Below are positions 1 to 12,869 of a DNA stretch of 64,000 nt, piece after piece; position 1 is the first letter of the stretch, and each line of letters starts with the position of its first letter. The notes beneath the pieces are model-generated. The model did no database searches, was not told the DNA's origin, and saw only the letters and a program-made list of their open reading frames with translations. A program made the translations under genes and the position numbers. The stretch comes from Octopus bimaculoides. Its lineage: Eukaryota. Location: contig NC_068993.1 in NCBI RefSeq assembly GCF_001194135.2, forward strand, positions 36,389,048-36,453,047. Reading direction: 5' to 3'.

Positions 1-499
1 TGTTTACATGCGTGTAATCACGTGTATATGGGTATGGTATAAAGATAAACAAAGGCCAGAAAAACAATAGAATGATCAACTATTTCCCTTAGACTTTGTA
101 CATTCTGTTACGTGTCATGAACCAATATTTCAAAATTTTAGTTGGTATAGATTGAAGAAATCTAATGTTTTTACGAACCTAATGTTTACACACACACACA
201 CAGCATTCGTACGTACATACATACATACATACATACATACATACATACATACATACATACATGTGTACACACGTATAATATATATGTATACATGTTTGTG
301 TGTATATATGTGTATATGTATACACACACACACAGAACACGCGATCAGAACTGTCTAAAAATGTCATCAAGGCACTACCTCCCATCGTGACATGACGCTG
401 TTACTAAAACAATATACATTGCCATCTGTAGCAAAGACTGCTCTAGGATATAGACAATGCTCTTCTTACCGAATACATACATACATACATATATACATG

Positions 500-850
500 C
501 ATACATACATACACGCGTCAGGACTTTCTATCCAACCTAATATGTATATATGCTATCATTCGCAAATTATTGAAGTTTTTAGGCTTTAAAACAGAATGGA
601 TTCTGTAAAAGGGACAAAACCCCATATCACTGGAATTTAAGTGTGTGTTAATTAAGTAATCCCTTTCCTTGCTCAAAATTCCCCAGCATTTTGAGATTGC
701 CACTCAAACATTTAGCAACGTAGCCAAAGTACACCAATAATTACTGGTATAAATTTTAATTACCAGTAATTATTGGTGTACTTTGGCTATGTTGCTAAAT
801 GTTTGAGTGGCAATCTCAAAATGCTGGGGATTTTAATTATAATTTTAATT
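500..850 (+). repeat. Unclassified dispersed repeat, copy 1, carrying a 69-bp inverted duplication
   Basis: Reverse complement aligns with 2590-2850; arms 681-749 and 761-829. Confidence 0.7.
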
Positions 851-856
851 ATAAGT

Positions 857-1036
857 GCAGGAATGGCTGTGTGATAAGAAGCTTGCTTCCCAACCACATG
901 GTTCGTGGTTCAGTTCCACAGCGTAGCACCTTCGACAAGTGTCTTCTATTATAGCCTCAGACCGACCAAAGCCTTGTGAGTGGATTTGGCAGACGGAAAC
1001 AGAAGGAAGCCCGTCGTGTGTGTGTGTGTGTGTGTG

Positions 1037-1071
<35 letters not shown>

Positions 1072-1333
1072 GTCTGTGTGTTTCTGTGTGTGTGTGTGTG
1101 TGCATGTATGTGTGAGTTTATATATTTGTGTGTCAGTGTTTGTCCCACCATGGTCGATTAACAACCAATGTTGGTGTATTTATGTCCCCGTAACTTAGCG
1201 GTTCGGCAAAAACGACCGATAGAATAAGTACTATGCTTACAAAGAATAACTGCTGGGGTCGATTTGTTCGACTAAAGGCGGTGCTCCAGCATGACCACAG
1301 TCAAATGACTGAAACAAGTAAAAGAATAAAAGA
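857..1333 (+). mobile_element. tRNA-derived SINE family A (CORE-like start, central microsatellite)
   Basis: A-box-like TGGCTGTGTGATAAG and B-box-like GGTTCAGTTCC; body CCTTGTGAGTGGATTTGG..ACGGAAAC; tail AGTAAAAGAATAAAAGA; at least eight copies in the window. Confidence 0.85.
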
Positions 1334-1371
1334 ATGCATATATACATACACACACACATACATACATGCAT

Positions 1372-1402
<31 letters not shown>

Positions 1403-1456
1403 TACACACATACATACATACATACATACATACATACATACATACATACATACATA

Positions 1457-2372
1457 CGAAGTGATATCAAAAATTTCCCGGGCTTGTTACGTTTAATAAA
1501 AAAATAACTTATTTACCTAAATTTTAACATCATCTCCTTCGAAATAGTCACATTGCGCAGCAATACACCAGTCCCAGCGTTCCTGTCACTTTTGGAATCC
1601 GGCCGGGAAGTCGTTTTCCGTAAGTAAGTCGAGGACTTTCTCTGATTCGCTCTGTATCTCGACAACAGTGTTAAAACGGCGACCTTTGAGCTGTATTTTC
1701 ATCCTGGGGAAAAGATGGAAGTCCTTAGGTACTAAATCTGGCGAATAGGGCGGATGCGGAAGCGATACCATGTTGTTTTTGGTGAGAAACTCACGAGTGG
1801 GGGAGAGCTTGGTGTCAGGGTACATTGTCGTCTTGGAGAATCCAGTTCTTCGCACTCCACGGACCCGGTTGCTTTCGCTGCATGTCCTCCCTCAAATGCT
1901 CCCTCGTTGATGTCCTCTGACAATCCTCATGCACAAGCTGATGAATTTTCTCCACATTTTCGGGAGTGATGCTCGTGGTAGTCTTCGAAATCGCTCATCG
2001 TCTTTCAGTGGGGTTTCTTCCGCTTTTGAAACGCCCATACCACTCAAAATATTGCGTACGACTCATTGCTCCATCGCTGTAAGCTTACTGAAGCAAGCTC
2101 ATTGTCTCTGTAGCAGACTTGCCAAGTTTAACGCAAAATTTCACATAAGCTCTTTGTTCCAGCTTCCTGTCCATGACAAAAGTCGCAGTCTACAGCATAC
2201 ACGTGATCACAAAAACACAAATTTCACAACTTGCGAAGTAAATACAGCGATGTCATTCGGCACATTGCCTCATGAAGGTCACTGCTAGCTCTCACTGCGC
2301 ATACAACTGTGTGCCGTCATCTGTTGGGAGTGCTACGGAACTAGTCCAGGAACTTTTTTTGATATTACCTCG
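1457..2372 (-). mobile_element. Internally deleted mariner transposon
   Basis: TIRs CGAAGTGATATCAAAAA / TTTTTGATATTACCTCG; N-term MDRKLEQRAYVKFCVKLGK from 2174; C-term LPHPPYSPDL..DFHLFPRMKIQLKGRRF. Confidence 0.9.
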
Positions 2373-2589
2373 TTCTTATCAACACAAGGAATATTGGTGG
2401 AACAACTCATCAAAATTTTTGCCAAGTGCAAAGAAAACAGTTCTGTATATAGGTGTTTGGAAGAAGGAAGAAAACTCATGTACCATCATAGAAATCAGCT
2501 CTCCTGCAGAAGTGAACATTTCTTCGAAAATCTGCGAGAAGGAGAATATTTATGAATAACTGCTTTGAAGCCTATAGCTTCTCTATCCT

Positions 2590-2850
2590 GATTATAATTA
2601 AATTTTATACCAGTAACTATTGGTATAGTTTGGCTATATTGCTAGATGCCAGTCTCAAAATGCTGGTAATTTTCAAGCAAGGAAAGTGATTAGTTAATTA
2701 ATGCACACTTAAATTCCAGTATTGTAGGGTTTCGTCCCTTTTACTGAATCCATACTGTTTTTAAGCCTCAAAACTCCAATAATTAGCGAAAGATAACATA
2801 TATACATATTAAGTTGGAAAGAAAGTCCTGAAACATTTCAAAATCAGAAA
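2590..2850 (-). repeat. Unclassified dispersed repeat, copy 2
   Basis: Diverged reverse-complement match to 500-760 (e.g. CACTTAAATTCCAGT vs ACTGGAATTTAAGTG). Confidence 0.7.
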
Positions 2851-2914
2851 GAAACAAACGCTTCCTTTGGTCTTCAGTGATATATTTAACCAAGATAATA
2901 TTTCCTTTCATTAT

Positions 2915-3215
2915 CGGTTTCAAATTTTGGCATAAGGCCAGAATCACAGGGCAGACATTGACAAGTCCCTTAACCCCTTGGGGGTCGTTGGAGCGCGGCA
3001 GCCATGCAGCGTATCTAGGACGAGAAAGCCTGGTATTACCCATCTCACAGGGTAGAGGACTGGTCAATTACATCGACCCAGGGATTAACTGGTATTCATA
3101 TTAAAGAATGGGAGGCAAAGTCTACCTGGGCGAAATTTCAACTCAGAACGTAAAGACGGATGAAATGCCACTTAACATTTTACCCGACGTGCTAACGATT
3201 CTGCCAGCTCACCAC
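2915..3215 (-). mobile_element. Nin/Deu-like SINE family B, with a ~100-bp unrelated insert
   Basis: ACTCAGAACGTAAAGACGG..GTGCTAACGATTCTGCCAGCTC head match and CAAATTTTGGCATAAGGCC tail. Confidence 0.7.
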
Positions 3216-3329
3216 CGTGTTTCCCCTCATCGTTAATGACATGATATCATCGATTTGACAAATTGTTGATCCCTCGGTCGTAAAATGTTCAGGTTTCGAA
3301 GCAAAGAAACACTTAATATTATTTTTAAC

Positions 3330-4150
3330 CCCTTTATAATGAACCTTTTTTCGCTCTAAATAATGTTGGAATGAATTGAAAGATGATAGTCAGGTGGAGC
3401 GAGGTGAGGAGAGTAAGGAGGATGAGGCAAAGCTTCCATGTTTAGTACTATAATCAAGAGTGACAGGGGCAATATGTGGCTTTGCATTATCGTGTAAGAA
3501 CAACACCCCTTTACAATTGACCAATCATGGGCCCCTTTATGCAGATTTTTCTGCAATACTTCCCAATTGCTGACAATACTTCTCTGCATCAATTGTTTCG
3601 TTTTGGTTTAACACTTCATTATAGATGACACCTTTCATATCCCATCAAACACAGAGCATACGTTTGCCGGGTGTTGCTCTGGTTTGGGGATGGACTCTCC
3701 TTTTTCATTGGGTGCTAATCATTGTCGTTTTCGTTGGATATGATAATAGAGGACGCACTTTTCATCACTTGTGATTATTCTACCTAGGAAAGGATCTGTA
3801 GCAAGTCTACTCTTCGATAACTAGCAGAGAGCAACTCTTTGATGAAGCTGATGAGAGTCCCGTTGACCAAGTTGAGATACCTTCCCTAGTTCATGAAAGC
3901 GTTATATGATCGAGGTGTGATTTAAACTGTTTTGCTAATTCTCGTGCTGTTTGCTTTGGATTTTCCTCAGCTGCGGTTTTCAGAAGTTCAGTATTGAAAG
4001 AACTTGGCCGTCGAGATCAAGGGGAGTGTACGAGAGAAAAAAATTACCCGGCACTGGTCAAACCATCATTGGCATGTCCGGGACGCTTGAAGCTTCGTTT
4101 CCGTAAACAGAATGAATATTTTTTGCTATTTTCATTGCCTAAGAGCCTCT
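3330..4150 (-). mobile_element. Degraded mariner transposase remnant
   Basis: MEALPHPPYSPHLAPPDYHL motif in ORF 3356-3592; ends not defined. Confidence 0.75.
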
Positions 4151-5001
4151 TTTGAATTCATACAGCTTGCAGTGTATGATATGAGTCTGATCTAAACTCA
4201 TTTTAAAAGCGTGAAATCGAACGAATTTAATGACTACAGAATAAAGTAAACTTCAAATAAAAAAATACACTAGAATATAAAAATTAATGCCTATTTTATT
4301 GTAAGTATTGAAAAAATACTCCCAAAGTGATTAGGTCGAAATGTGGCAAGACTTTCTTTCCAGTTTAATATATACATTCATGCATGCTTGTGCGTATACA
4401 TACATGTGTGAATGCACGCATATTGAATAGTTTGACATACGTACATGCACATATACAAACATACATATACATGCATACACGCATGCAAATATATATACAT
4501 GCATGCATACATATATGCACACATACATGCATACATACAAACATACATACATCTACATGCATAGATACATAAATATGCACATGCGTGTGCTTACCTTTTT
4601 ACCATTTTTCATTTTATTTCGGTTAATTGGGAAACATCTGGTAAACAAAATACTTTGGTGCTATTCTTTGGTTGCCCCAATTATCCAGAAGTCAAGGCAA
4701 AACACAGTATCACATTGCTGTTTACTAATTAAAGAAATTACCTAAATTAATTAATTATTCGGAGCATCTATTTATATGTTCATTTATGTATGTGTGTAGA
4801 TATACGTGTGTGTAAGCGTGCATGTACGTTTATCCGTATGTTTCTGCTCATGTATATACGAATGAATTTGAGTATGTGAGTGTGTGTGTGCGCGCGTGTG
4901 TGTGTGTATGTAGTAATTAGAAATCTGTCTAAAACAATTAAGTGTACTTGGGAACCATTTATTTAAAAAATGTATGTAAAAACATCCAATATACATATAT
5001 G

Positions 5002-5040
<39 letters not shown>

Positions 5041-5063
5041 ATGTAAAGTAAACTCACGAGGGT

Positions 5064-5269
5064 ACTCTTTTACTTGTTTCAGTCATTTGACTGTGGCCAT
5101 GCTGGAGCCCCGCCTTTAGTCGAACAAATCGACCCCAGGACTTATTCTTTGTAAGCCTAGTACTTATTCTATCGGTCTTTTGCTGAACCGTTAAGTTACG
5201 GGGACGTAAACACACCAGCATCGGTTGTCAAGCGATGTTGGGGGGACAAACACAGATACACAAACATAT

Positions 5270-5300
<31 letters not shown>

Positions 5301-5466
5301 CACATATATACGACGGGCTTCTTTCAGTTTCCGTCTACCAAATCCACTCACAAGGCTTTGGTCTGCCAGAGGCTATAGTAGAAGACACTTGCCCAAGGTG
5401 CCACGCAATGGGACTGAACCAGGAACCATGTGGTTAGTAAGCAAACTACTTACCACACAGCCACTC
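5064..5466 (-). mobile_element. SINE family A
   Basis: Full reverse-complement match to 857-1333 including central (CA/TA)n. Confidence 0.85.
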
Positions 5467-6649
5467 AGGGTGTGTATTATTTTTAAGCATCTGCATAAGT
5501 ACGCTTCGATGTCTCGGTCCTTCTTTACTGCAGCATATACTTAATGAAGAATCAAGATATATGTGCATGTGTGCATGTATAATGCACACACACAGTTGAA
5601 TTAGGTACTTAAGGTGAGACACCAAATCAGTCCGGTATTATCTGCACAACTCGAAGTAAGATGAATAAAATCAAAATAAGTAACAGGATTAGTATTAGAG
5701 CAATACGACCGTGTCAAGCGGCTCCATTTAATTGAGCAATGCAGTCATTACATCAATTTAAATACAGTGCTATCTTCAGTTGCAAGAAATATGGAATTTC
5801 AACGGACAAGAGAAATATAATTTTTCTCAAATATTTTATCAGAGGATGAAAAAATTTCATGTTTCCAACTATTGCAGCAAGAAAAATCTAAAAGAAGAAC
5901 TACAAATTTGGAGTGACCTGGAACACAGTGGGATCATAGGATTGTAATTCATTTCTATCTTTTTATCTACCTTCTTAACAGCAACAAAAGATCTAAGGCT
6001 AGAATACTTAACATCAACAAAAAATCTAGATCTTCCGTGAAAATATAAGCCCTTAGGTATAATCCCATGTAAATCCAGGCAGTATTTTGGCAGTATTTTG
6101 AATGTTGCATTCATGTTGAAGGAATCGAATTAAGTGGTTAGCTAGTATGAAAATGACCCATGTGGGTATATAGAATGAGAAAGACAGACATCATGATAGA
6201 CAGATATGGGTTGTGAGTGAGTGAATAAAAGAGAAAGGAGAAAGAGAGTAAAGAAAGGAATGGGATAGGTGTGGGAAAGAATGAATGAGAGCGAAAGTAA
6301 AATAAAATCAAAAAATAAAAGATAAAGATAAGATGCAAGTATTATTCTTCATAAGGGTCGGTTCGGGGTGAGAGGTCAGGCGTTAAGATTTCGGTAAAGT
6401 GGAGGAGGAAAGCATTTACGTCTGTTAATTAAATAGATGAATTCTAGGTTGGGTGTATTAGTTTGATGCTCGGAAAAATGAAAATGTCTTTTACGTGTCG
6501 AGCCTACGCTCTTCAACAGAAAGGAATAAAAGAGAATAAACAGAGGGAGAGAATGAAAAACAAGACTTGTAGATTTAGCGGTCAAGGGATGTGAAAAAAA
6601 GGAATTAAAAATTAAGGGTGAGATTAGTAATAAAAGAAGGAAAGTCCTC

Positions 6650-6897
6650 ATTCTTTGTTGTTTTGTTCCTTCTTGTGCCATGCCTGGCTCATAAGGGTCG
6701 CCGGTCCGCCGCTAGATACAGGAAGAAAGAAAGTTGTGGCGAAAGAATCAGCAGAAGTTCACCATTACCTTCTGTCAGAGCTGCGTGGAGCTTAGGTGGT
6801 TCCCTCATAAACAAACACATCACCCGGTCTGAGACTCGAACTCGTGATCTCTCGACCGCGAGTCCGCTGCTCTAATCACTAGGCTATGTGCCTCCAC
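6650..6897 (-). mobile_element. tRNA-derived SINE (third family)
   Basis: Minus strand GTGGAGGCACATAGCCTAGTGATTAGAGCAGCGGACTCGCGGTCGAGAGATCACGAGTTCGAGTCTC: tRNA-like A/B boxes followed by a non-tRNA body. Confidence 0.7.
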
Positions 6898-7062
6898 TCT
6901 TATTCTTTACTTACACAGAAATATGTTCCGTCATTCTTTACTTTGGAATCGATCGGAATGACACGTGGAAGACCAGCGGCACCGCAATTCATTGTTCCTG
7001 AACTTGAAATCCTCAACTGCGAATCAATCTTGGAGGAATTTTGGAATATCACTCAATTAGCC

Positions 7063-7498
7063 GAATCACGAGACAAGGTTTTTCATGGCCATTGGGTATT
7101 CGGTGGTATAGAAAGAGTTTCAAAAAAATGTTTCTTAGTTGAAGTACCTGACCGTACTGAGCAGACTTTATCTGCCCTGATTGAACGATGGATTCTTATC
7201 AGGGAGTCACATAGTGAGTGATGGCTGGCGATCCTATAACAACATTGGAAGCCTAAATGGTGGTGTGTACACTCACGAAGTGATTGCACATCAAGAAAAT
7301 TTCGTCGTTCCTACAAATAAGGACGTTCACACATAAAATGTTGAAAATATGTTGATGCGTGTTAAACGGAACTTACGACGTCAATTTGAAACATCATTTG
7401 TGTCCTATGTATACGAATTCATATGGCGTAATTCAATAGAGAAGAACAAGACATCTGTTCACTTTTTGGTTGCTATATCCAGTGTTTATGTTGTTTAA
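7063..7498 (+). pseudogene. Merlin/IS1595 (ISXO2-like) DDE transposase remnant
   Basis: GHWVFGGIERVSKKCFLVEVPDRTEQTL..IERWIL, frameshift near 7200, then SHIVSDGWRSY..HQENFV..VHT*NVENMLMRVKR..YEFIWR; one in-frame stop. Confidence 0.85.
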
Positions 7499-9186
7499 CA
7501 ATAAGTTGACTTATTTATATCCCTTTATTAATCTCCCCCACCTTAATTTTCATTTTTGCATGATCACTGGTGTTCAATCGAGAGTAGAAATCATATCGAT
7601 GAATAAAGCTTAAAAAAAGAGAAAATTATTGTTTTGATATTGCCCAAAAGCAGACAATCGAGTTTTCTTTTTTTGTTTTTCAGTGTAAAATTTACCTTAT
7701 TTTCTTTAAGGATTCTGCCTTCCTATGTCTATCTGGTGTTTTTATCTTCTGTTACCAGCTAATCATCTGTGATTAAACTTGTCTTCACCTTTAACATCGA
7801 TCGATCATTTTTTCTATTTCTGGTAATTGTACGGGTTCAATTTAATATCCATGCGTGGCCCTCTTCCAAAATGCGTGATATTGTACCAAAGTTAAAGCCG
7901 TTGGTTATTTATATCTGTTTAATGTGATTCAGTAGTTTATTTTCATGGAGATTATTGCTGAGAAAATTGCTAGTTTCGTTGTTTTCTTTTTGGTGTTTTA
8001 AGATTTGGTATTTGGCACAGTCAAAGAAGAGAACACTCATTATCATTATCTGTGTTTCTATGATTTATCGGAAGGGAGGAAGTCGTCCTTGAAGCGAATA
8101 CCTAGCCCCAAATGCTTACAACAAAGTGACCTCCGCTCAAGACATCTATGTGTCAGGTAGTGATATTAAACCAGGACGTGGAGTAAGCCTACAACCCCCG
8201 GTCAGCCTTGAGCGAGTAGACTTATACCCAAAACATATTATACAGTCTTTCGCCATATAGAAAAGACTGTATAACAAAAACTGATATTCTTCCGTAGAAC
8301 CAGAAAATATTTCTTCAAGCAGAAATTATTAATCCACGTCAAAACTCACTTGAAAAACTCAATAGAATAGTGATCACAGAATCAGAGACGGTGCTTCCTG
8401 TACACATACAGACATCCTGGGACGTAAACAAACAAAAAGCAGCCTGATTGACTGGCATTGACTGGCCTGATTGACTGATTGACTGATTGACCCGCTCACC
8501 AACACACTCCGACCTCTGTCTCTTCTCTCTATTTATCTATCTATCTATCTCCCTTCTCTAATGGCCTCTACTCCTCAGAGCAGGCCTGTCTAGTGCTATC
8601 TCTATTCATCCACTGTCAACTCACCTGTCTCTCTCCCCTCGTCACCAATATAGTTTGCACCAACCCCGGAATACACACTAAGCTCTACGTCCACTTCCTC
8701 CATCCATAACATCGATCATTTTGAATTTCCTCTTCGTCATATGTTCTTCCTGTTGTCGTGCACATAAACCTGTTCAACAGTAACATTAACCGTATCAATG
8801 ACATCAGTCTCGAAGGTCCTACAAAGATCACAGACACAGCCCAGCCTCCCTCCCCACCTTCGTCAACGCAAACCAATAATAAAGAAGGCGTTCTATGTAG
8901 CCATGGCAATCTTATTATCTTTATATATTAACAATTAGATTCCCCAATATCACCTTCCTTTTCTCTGGTGGTATGATGTAGTCTATGGAGATCTGAGAGA
9001 TATTTTTAAAATTTGATCGTCTACAGAGAGGTTTCCTCGTTGGCTCTTCTTGCTCAGGGTTCCATTCGGACAATATTTACAGTGTAGCAAGACAAGACTA
9101 ACGTTGCGTCCTATTTCTGTGGTGTTCTTAGATTAGTAGAAACAAGTATCAGACAATGTTCAGTGTAGAGACGTAACACTTTAAAT

Positions 9187-9334
9187 CAGGCATGGACAAC
9201 CTTTCTTGAAAAGAGAACTCATGAGATATGACTGTTTATCAGGCGGGCCGCAGTACTAAAAAAAAATTCAAGATAATTTTTCGTTTGACGTGACATTTTA
9301 GGAAGTCCAGCAAACCGCAGTTTGCCCACAACTG
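9187..9334. mobile_element. hAT-like MITE
   Basis: CAG..CTG termini (CAGGGCATGGACAACC / GCAGTTTGCCCACAACTG); 8-bp flanks CTTTAAAT / CTTCAGAT agree 6/8. Confidence 0.45.
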
Positions 9335-10048
9335 CTTCAGATACTCCATCTTGTTACTGTCGTTGTTTAGCCCCAGGTTGTTTCTGATCAAGCAAACCTA
9401 TGATCAAAGTACTTCCAGCCGTACCCATCCTGAGCTTTTCTAAAACAATGACGACTTGTTAAATTTGACCTTTACTTCTGATAGTGGTATGTAATAGAGG
9501 CCCATCGCTAGACTTTGGTGCCTAAAGTTGCTTCAGATTATTTTGGATGGACACTAATAATGTTAAAGTGAAGTTTCGAAAAAAAGTGTATCACTGTAAA
9601 TCTGGGGACGCACCATTGAATAATGAGGGGGTAGTGCCGTCCAGTGCACCCCCTCAGTTACAAGATTTGACTGCTATTTCCAGTAGGTTTAATAATGATG
9701 CTACGTCATAAACTCTAAACATTCCTTCTAAACACTGGCATTTCTCCATATTACTTTCGACCAGTGTTTACTGTCTGATCTGGTTTGATCTGGTCTGGTG
9801 TGGCCTGGTCTGGCCTTGTATGCCGTTCTAAATATTTAAATGGCTGCAGGCTTCGATGAAAAAGTCATACATATTAAAGTAGGTTATTTATACTATTGTT
9901 GTTTTTACAGAATAGAGTCAATGATGCGGATAGAGAAAATAGAAATAAAAACCCATAGCAACATCATCTCAGAGTGTGTGTACTTAAGTGTATGTGTGTG
10001 TGTGTGTATGCGTGTGCGAGTGTGTTTGTACGGATATATGTATTTTAT

Positions 10049-10105
<57 letters not shown>

Positions 10106-10154
10106 CTCGTGAGTGTGTACGTATGCATACGGACATGGATGAAGGGACATTTTA

Positions 10155-11340
10155 TTTTAGCCTTTCTTTTATCCTTTTATCTGTTTCACTCATTTGATTG
10201 CAGCCATGCTGCAGCACCGTCTTGACGGATTTTAGTCGAACAAATCGACCCCAGGACTTATTTCTTAAAACCTAGTACTAATTCTATCGGTCTCTTATAC
10301 CGAACCGCTAAGTTACGGGGGCGTAAATACACCAACACCGGTTGTCAAACGGTGAAGAGGGGAACAAATACATACACAGACACACACATAAGTACATACA
10401 TATATACGAGCGAGAGGGTACCCAAAAGAAACCCGAATTTTGCAATATTATTTTATTCACTTAGTTTTACATGTTAATACTTCTATCGCCTTCAAAGTAT
10501 TCTCCATTTGAAGCAATGCATCGATTCAGGCTCTATTTCCACTCTTTCGAAGTGATGTCGTTTTCTTCTTCATCTCTTCCGCATCTGCAAATTCCGTAGC
10601 ACCAGCTTTCGTCACCAGTGATGACCTTCGGAAAAAAGTCCGGATCAACTTCGAACTGTTCTTTAAGTTCACGACACGCATTCAGTCGTAACTGCTTTTG
10701 ATCTTCCGTGAGCAAGCTAGGAAACAAATTTTGCAGCAACTCTTTTCATTTGCAATTCATTGCTCAAAATTCATAGGTAAGAACTGCAAGACACACCAGT
10801 CATATCAGCAAGTTCGTCAATTGTTCGGTGACGATCCTCCAAAATCAGTTCATGAACTTGCATGATGTTTTCATTCGTTCGGGAGGTCGACGGTCATCCT
10901 GAACGAGGTTGCAGTGATAAATGACCATTCCTAAAGAGTAGAAACCACTCGTAAACTTATGTTTTGCTCATGGCAGCGTCCTTCTAAATTGTTTGAAGCA
11001 TGAGAACTGTTTCAGCCGCCGTTTTCCCCAGCAGAAAACAGAATTTCACGGAAGCATGCTGCTCCTTTGCTAAAATAGACAAACTTGGGAGAAGCACTTC
11101 AAAATAAAGGTGCACCACGTGGCAGTACGACTTTACTCGACGACGCTGGTCGGCAGACTGATGCCTGAGAGTCGCATTAAATGGCTTCTAGCGGCGGAAG
11201 CCTGAACCCACAGCGACCGTTTCTGGTTACTTTTGGGTACCCCTCGTACATATATATATATATATATATATACGATGGGCTTCTTTCAATTTCCGTGTAA
11301 CAAATCCACTCACAGGGCTTTGGTCGGTCTGAAGCCATAG
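10155..11340 (-). mobile_element. SINE family A split by a mariner insertion; 5' end in gap
   Basis: 3' half at 10155-10404; 5' half resumes at 11249 (TACGATGGGCTTCTTTCAATTTCCG). Confidence 0.8.
10405..11248 (-). mobile_element. Internally deleted mariner transposon
   Basis: TIRs GAGGGTACCCAAAAG / CTTTTGGGTACCCCTCG in a TA tract; FPKVITGDESWCYG (first catalytic D). Confidence 0.9.
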
Positions 11341-12869
11341 NNNNNNNNNNNNNNNNNNNNNNNNNNNNNNNNNNNNNNNNNNNNNNNNNNNNNNNNNNNN
11401 NNNNNNNNNNNNNNNNNNNNNNNNNNNNNNNNNNNNNNNNNNNNNNNNNNNNNNNNNNNNNNNNNNNNNNNNNNNNNNNNNNNNNNNNNNNNNNNNNNNN
11501 NNNNNNNNNNNNNNNNNNNNNNNNNNNNNNNNNNNNNNNNNNNNNNNNNNNNNNNNNNNNNNNNNNNNNNNNNNNNNNNNNNNNNNNNNNNNNNNNNNNN
11601 NNNNNNNNNNNNNNNNNNNNNNNNNNNNNNNNNNNNNNNNNNNNNNNNNNNNNNNNNNNNNNNNNNNNNNNNNNNNNNNNNNNNNNNNNNNNNNNNNNNN
11701 NNNNNNNNNNNNNNNNNNNNNNNNNNNNNNNNNNNNNNNNNNNNNNNNNNNNNNNNNNNNNNNNNNNNNNNNNNNNNNNNNNNNNNNNNNNNNNNNNNNN
11801 NNNNNNNNNNNNNNNNNNNNNNNNNNNNNNNNNNNNNNNNNNNNNNNNNNNNNNNNNNNNNNNNNNNNNNNNNNNNNNNNNNNNNNNNNNNNNNNNNNNN
11901 NNNNNNNNNNNNNNNNNNNNNNNNNNNNNNNNNNNNNNNNNNNNNNNNNNNNNNNNNNNNNNNNNNNNNNNNNNNNNNNNNNNNNNNNNNNNNNNNNNNN
12001 NNNNNNNNNNNNNNNNNNNNNNNNNNNNNNNNNNNNNNNNNNNNNNNNNNNNNNNNNNNNNNNNNNNNNNNNNNNNNNNNNNNNNNNNNNNNNNNNNNNN
12101 NNNNNNNNNNNNNNNNNNNNNNNNNNNNNNNNNNNNNNNNNNNNNNNNNNNNNNNNNNNNNNNNNNNNNNNNNNNNNNNNNNNNNNNNNNNNNNNNNNNN
12201 NNNNNNNNNNNNNNNNNNNNNNNNNNNNNNNNNNNNNNNNNNNNNNNNNNNNNNNNNNNNNNNNNNNNNNNNNNNNNNNNNNNNNNNNNNNNNNNNNNNN
12301 NNNNNNNNNNNNNNNNNNNNTAATACAAAATGGGACAAGAACGCAAAACATCCAGACAGGTGATACAAGAAAGGGACAAAACATCCAGATAGACGATACG
12401 AAGGAAACAAGGACAAGTCAACAGCCAAGATCCAGATTATCTTTGCAATTTCGGCTGGTTATACTCGATATTGCTCCAATCTGGCCAGCCCCAAGGAAAA
12501 AATAAGCTAAAAGCATTAGATTCCTTGGAAGAAAGCAACGAATGTATACAAAAACAAGGACGGAAAAAAGCGAACAATGTTACACAAATACAATAAAAAT
12601 AATAACAGGGCATAACAACAGGTGTCTTTCGACTAAGGACGAATTAAATTAAGCTGGCGTGTGTCGAAATAAAGCCTTACGGCAGGGATACAAGATTTCA
12701 CAGGCACAGGGATGAATATCGGTGTTGCACGCACAACGGCCGGCCACTTTTCGGCTACGGGGAATACGAATCTGCAAAATAAATGAGTAAAAATAGGCAT
12801 TTTTTAATTACTACTCCCCCACCCCCATTTCCTTCTTTTTATACTTTTTTCAGAATATTTTTTTTTTTT

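Noticed and set aside
5843-6114. Kinase-looking words: VAVKK (minus ORF) and KEELQIWSDLEHSGII (plus)
   Set aside because: On opposite strands, no G-loop/HRD/DFG exons found, splice sites inconsistent; probably chance.
12440-12500. GGCTGG..CCAGCC-GAAA stem on minus strand resembling a hammerhead
   Set aside because: CUGANGA box absent.
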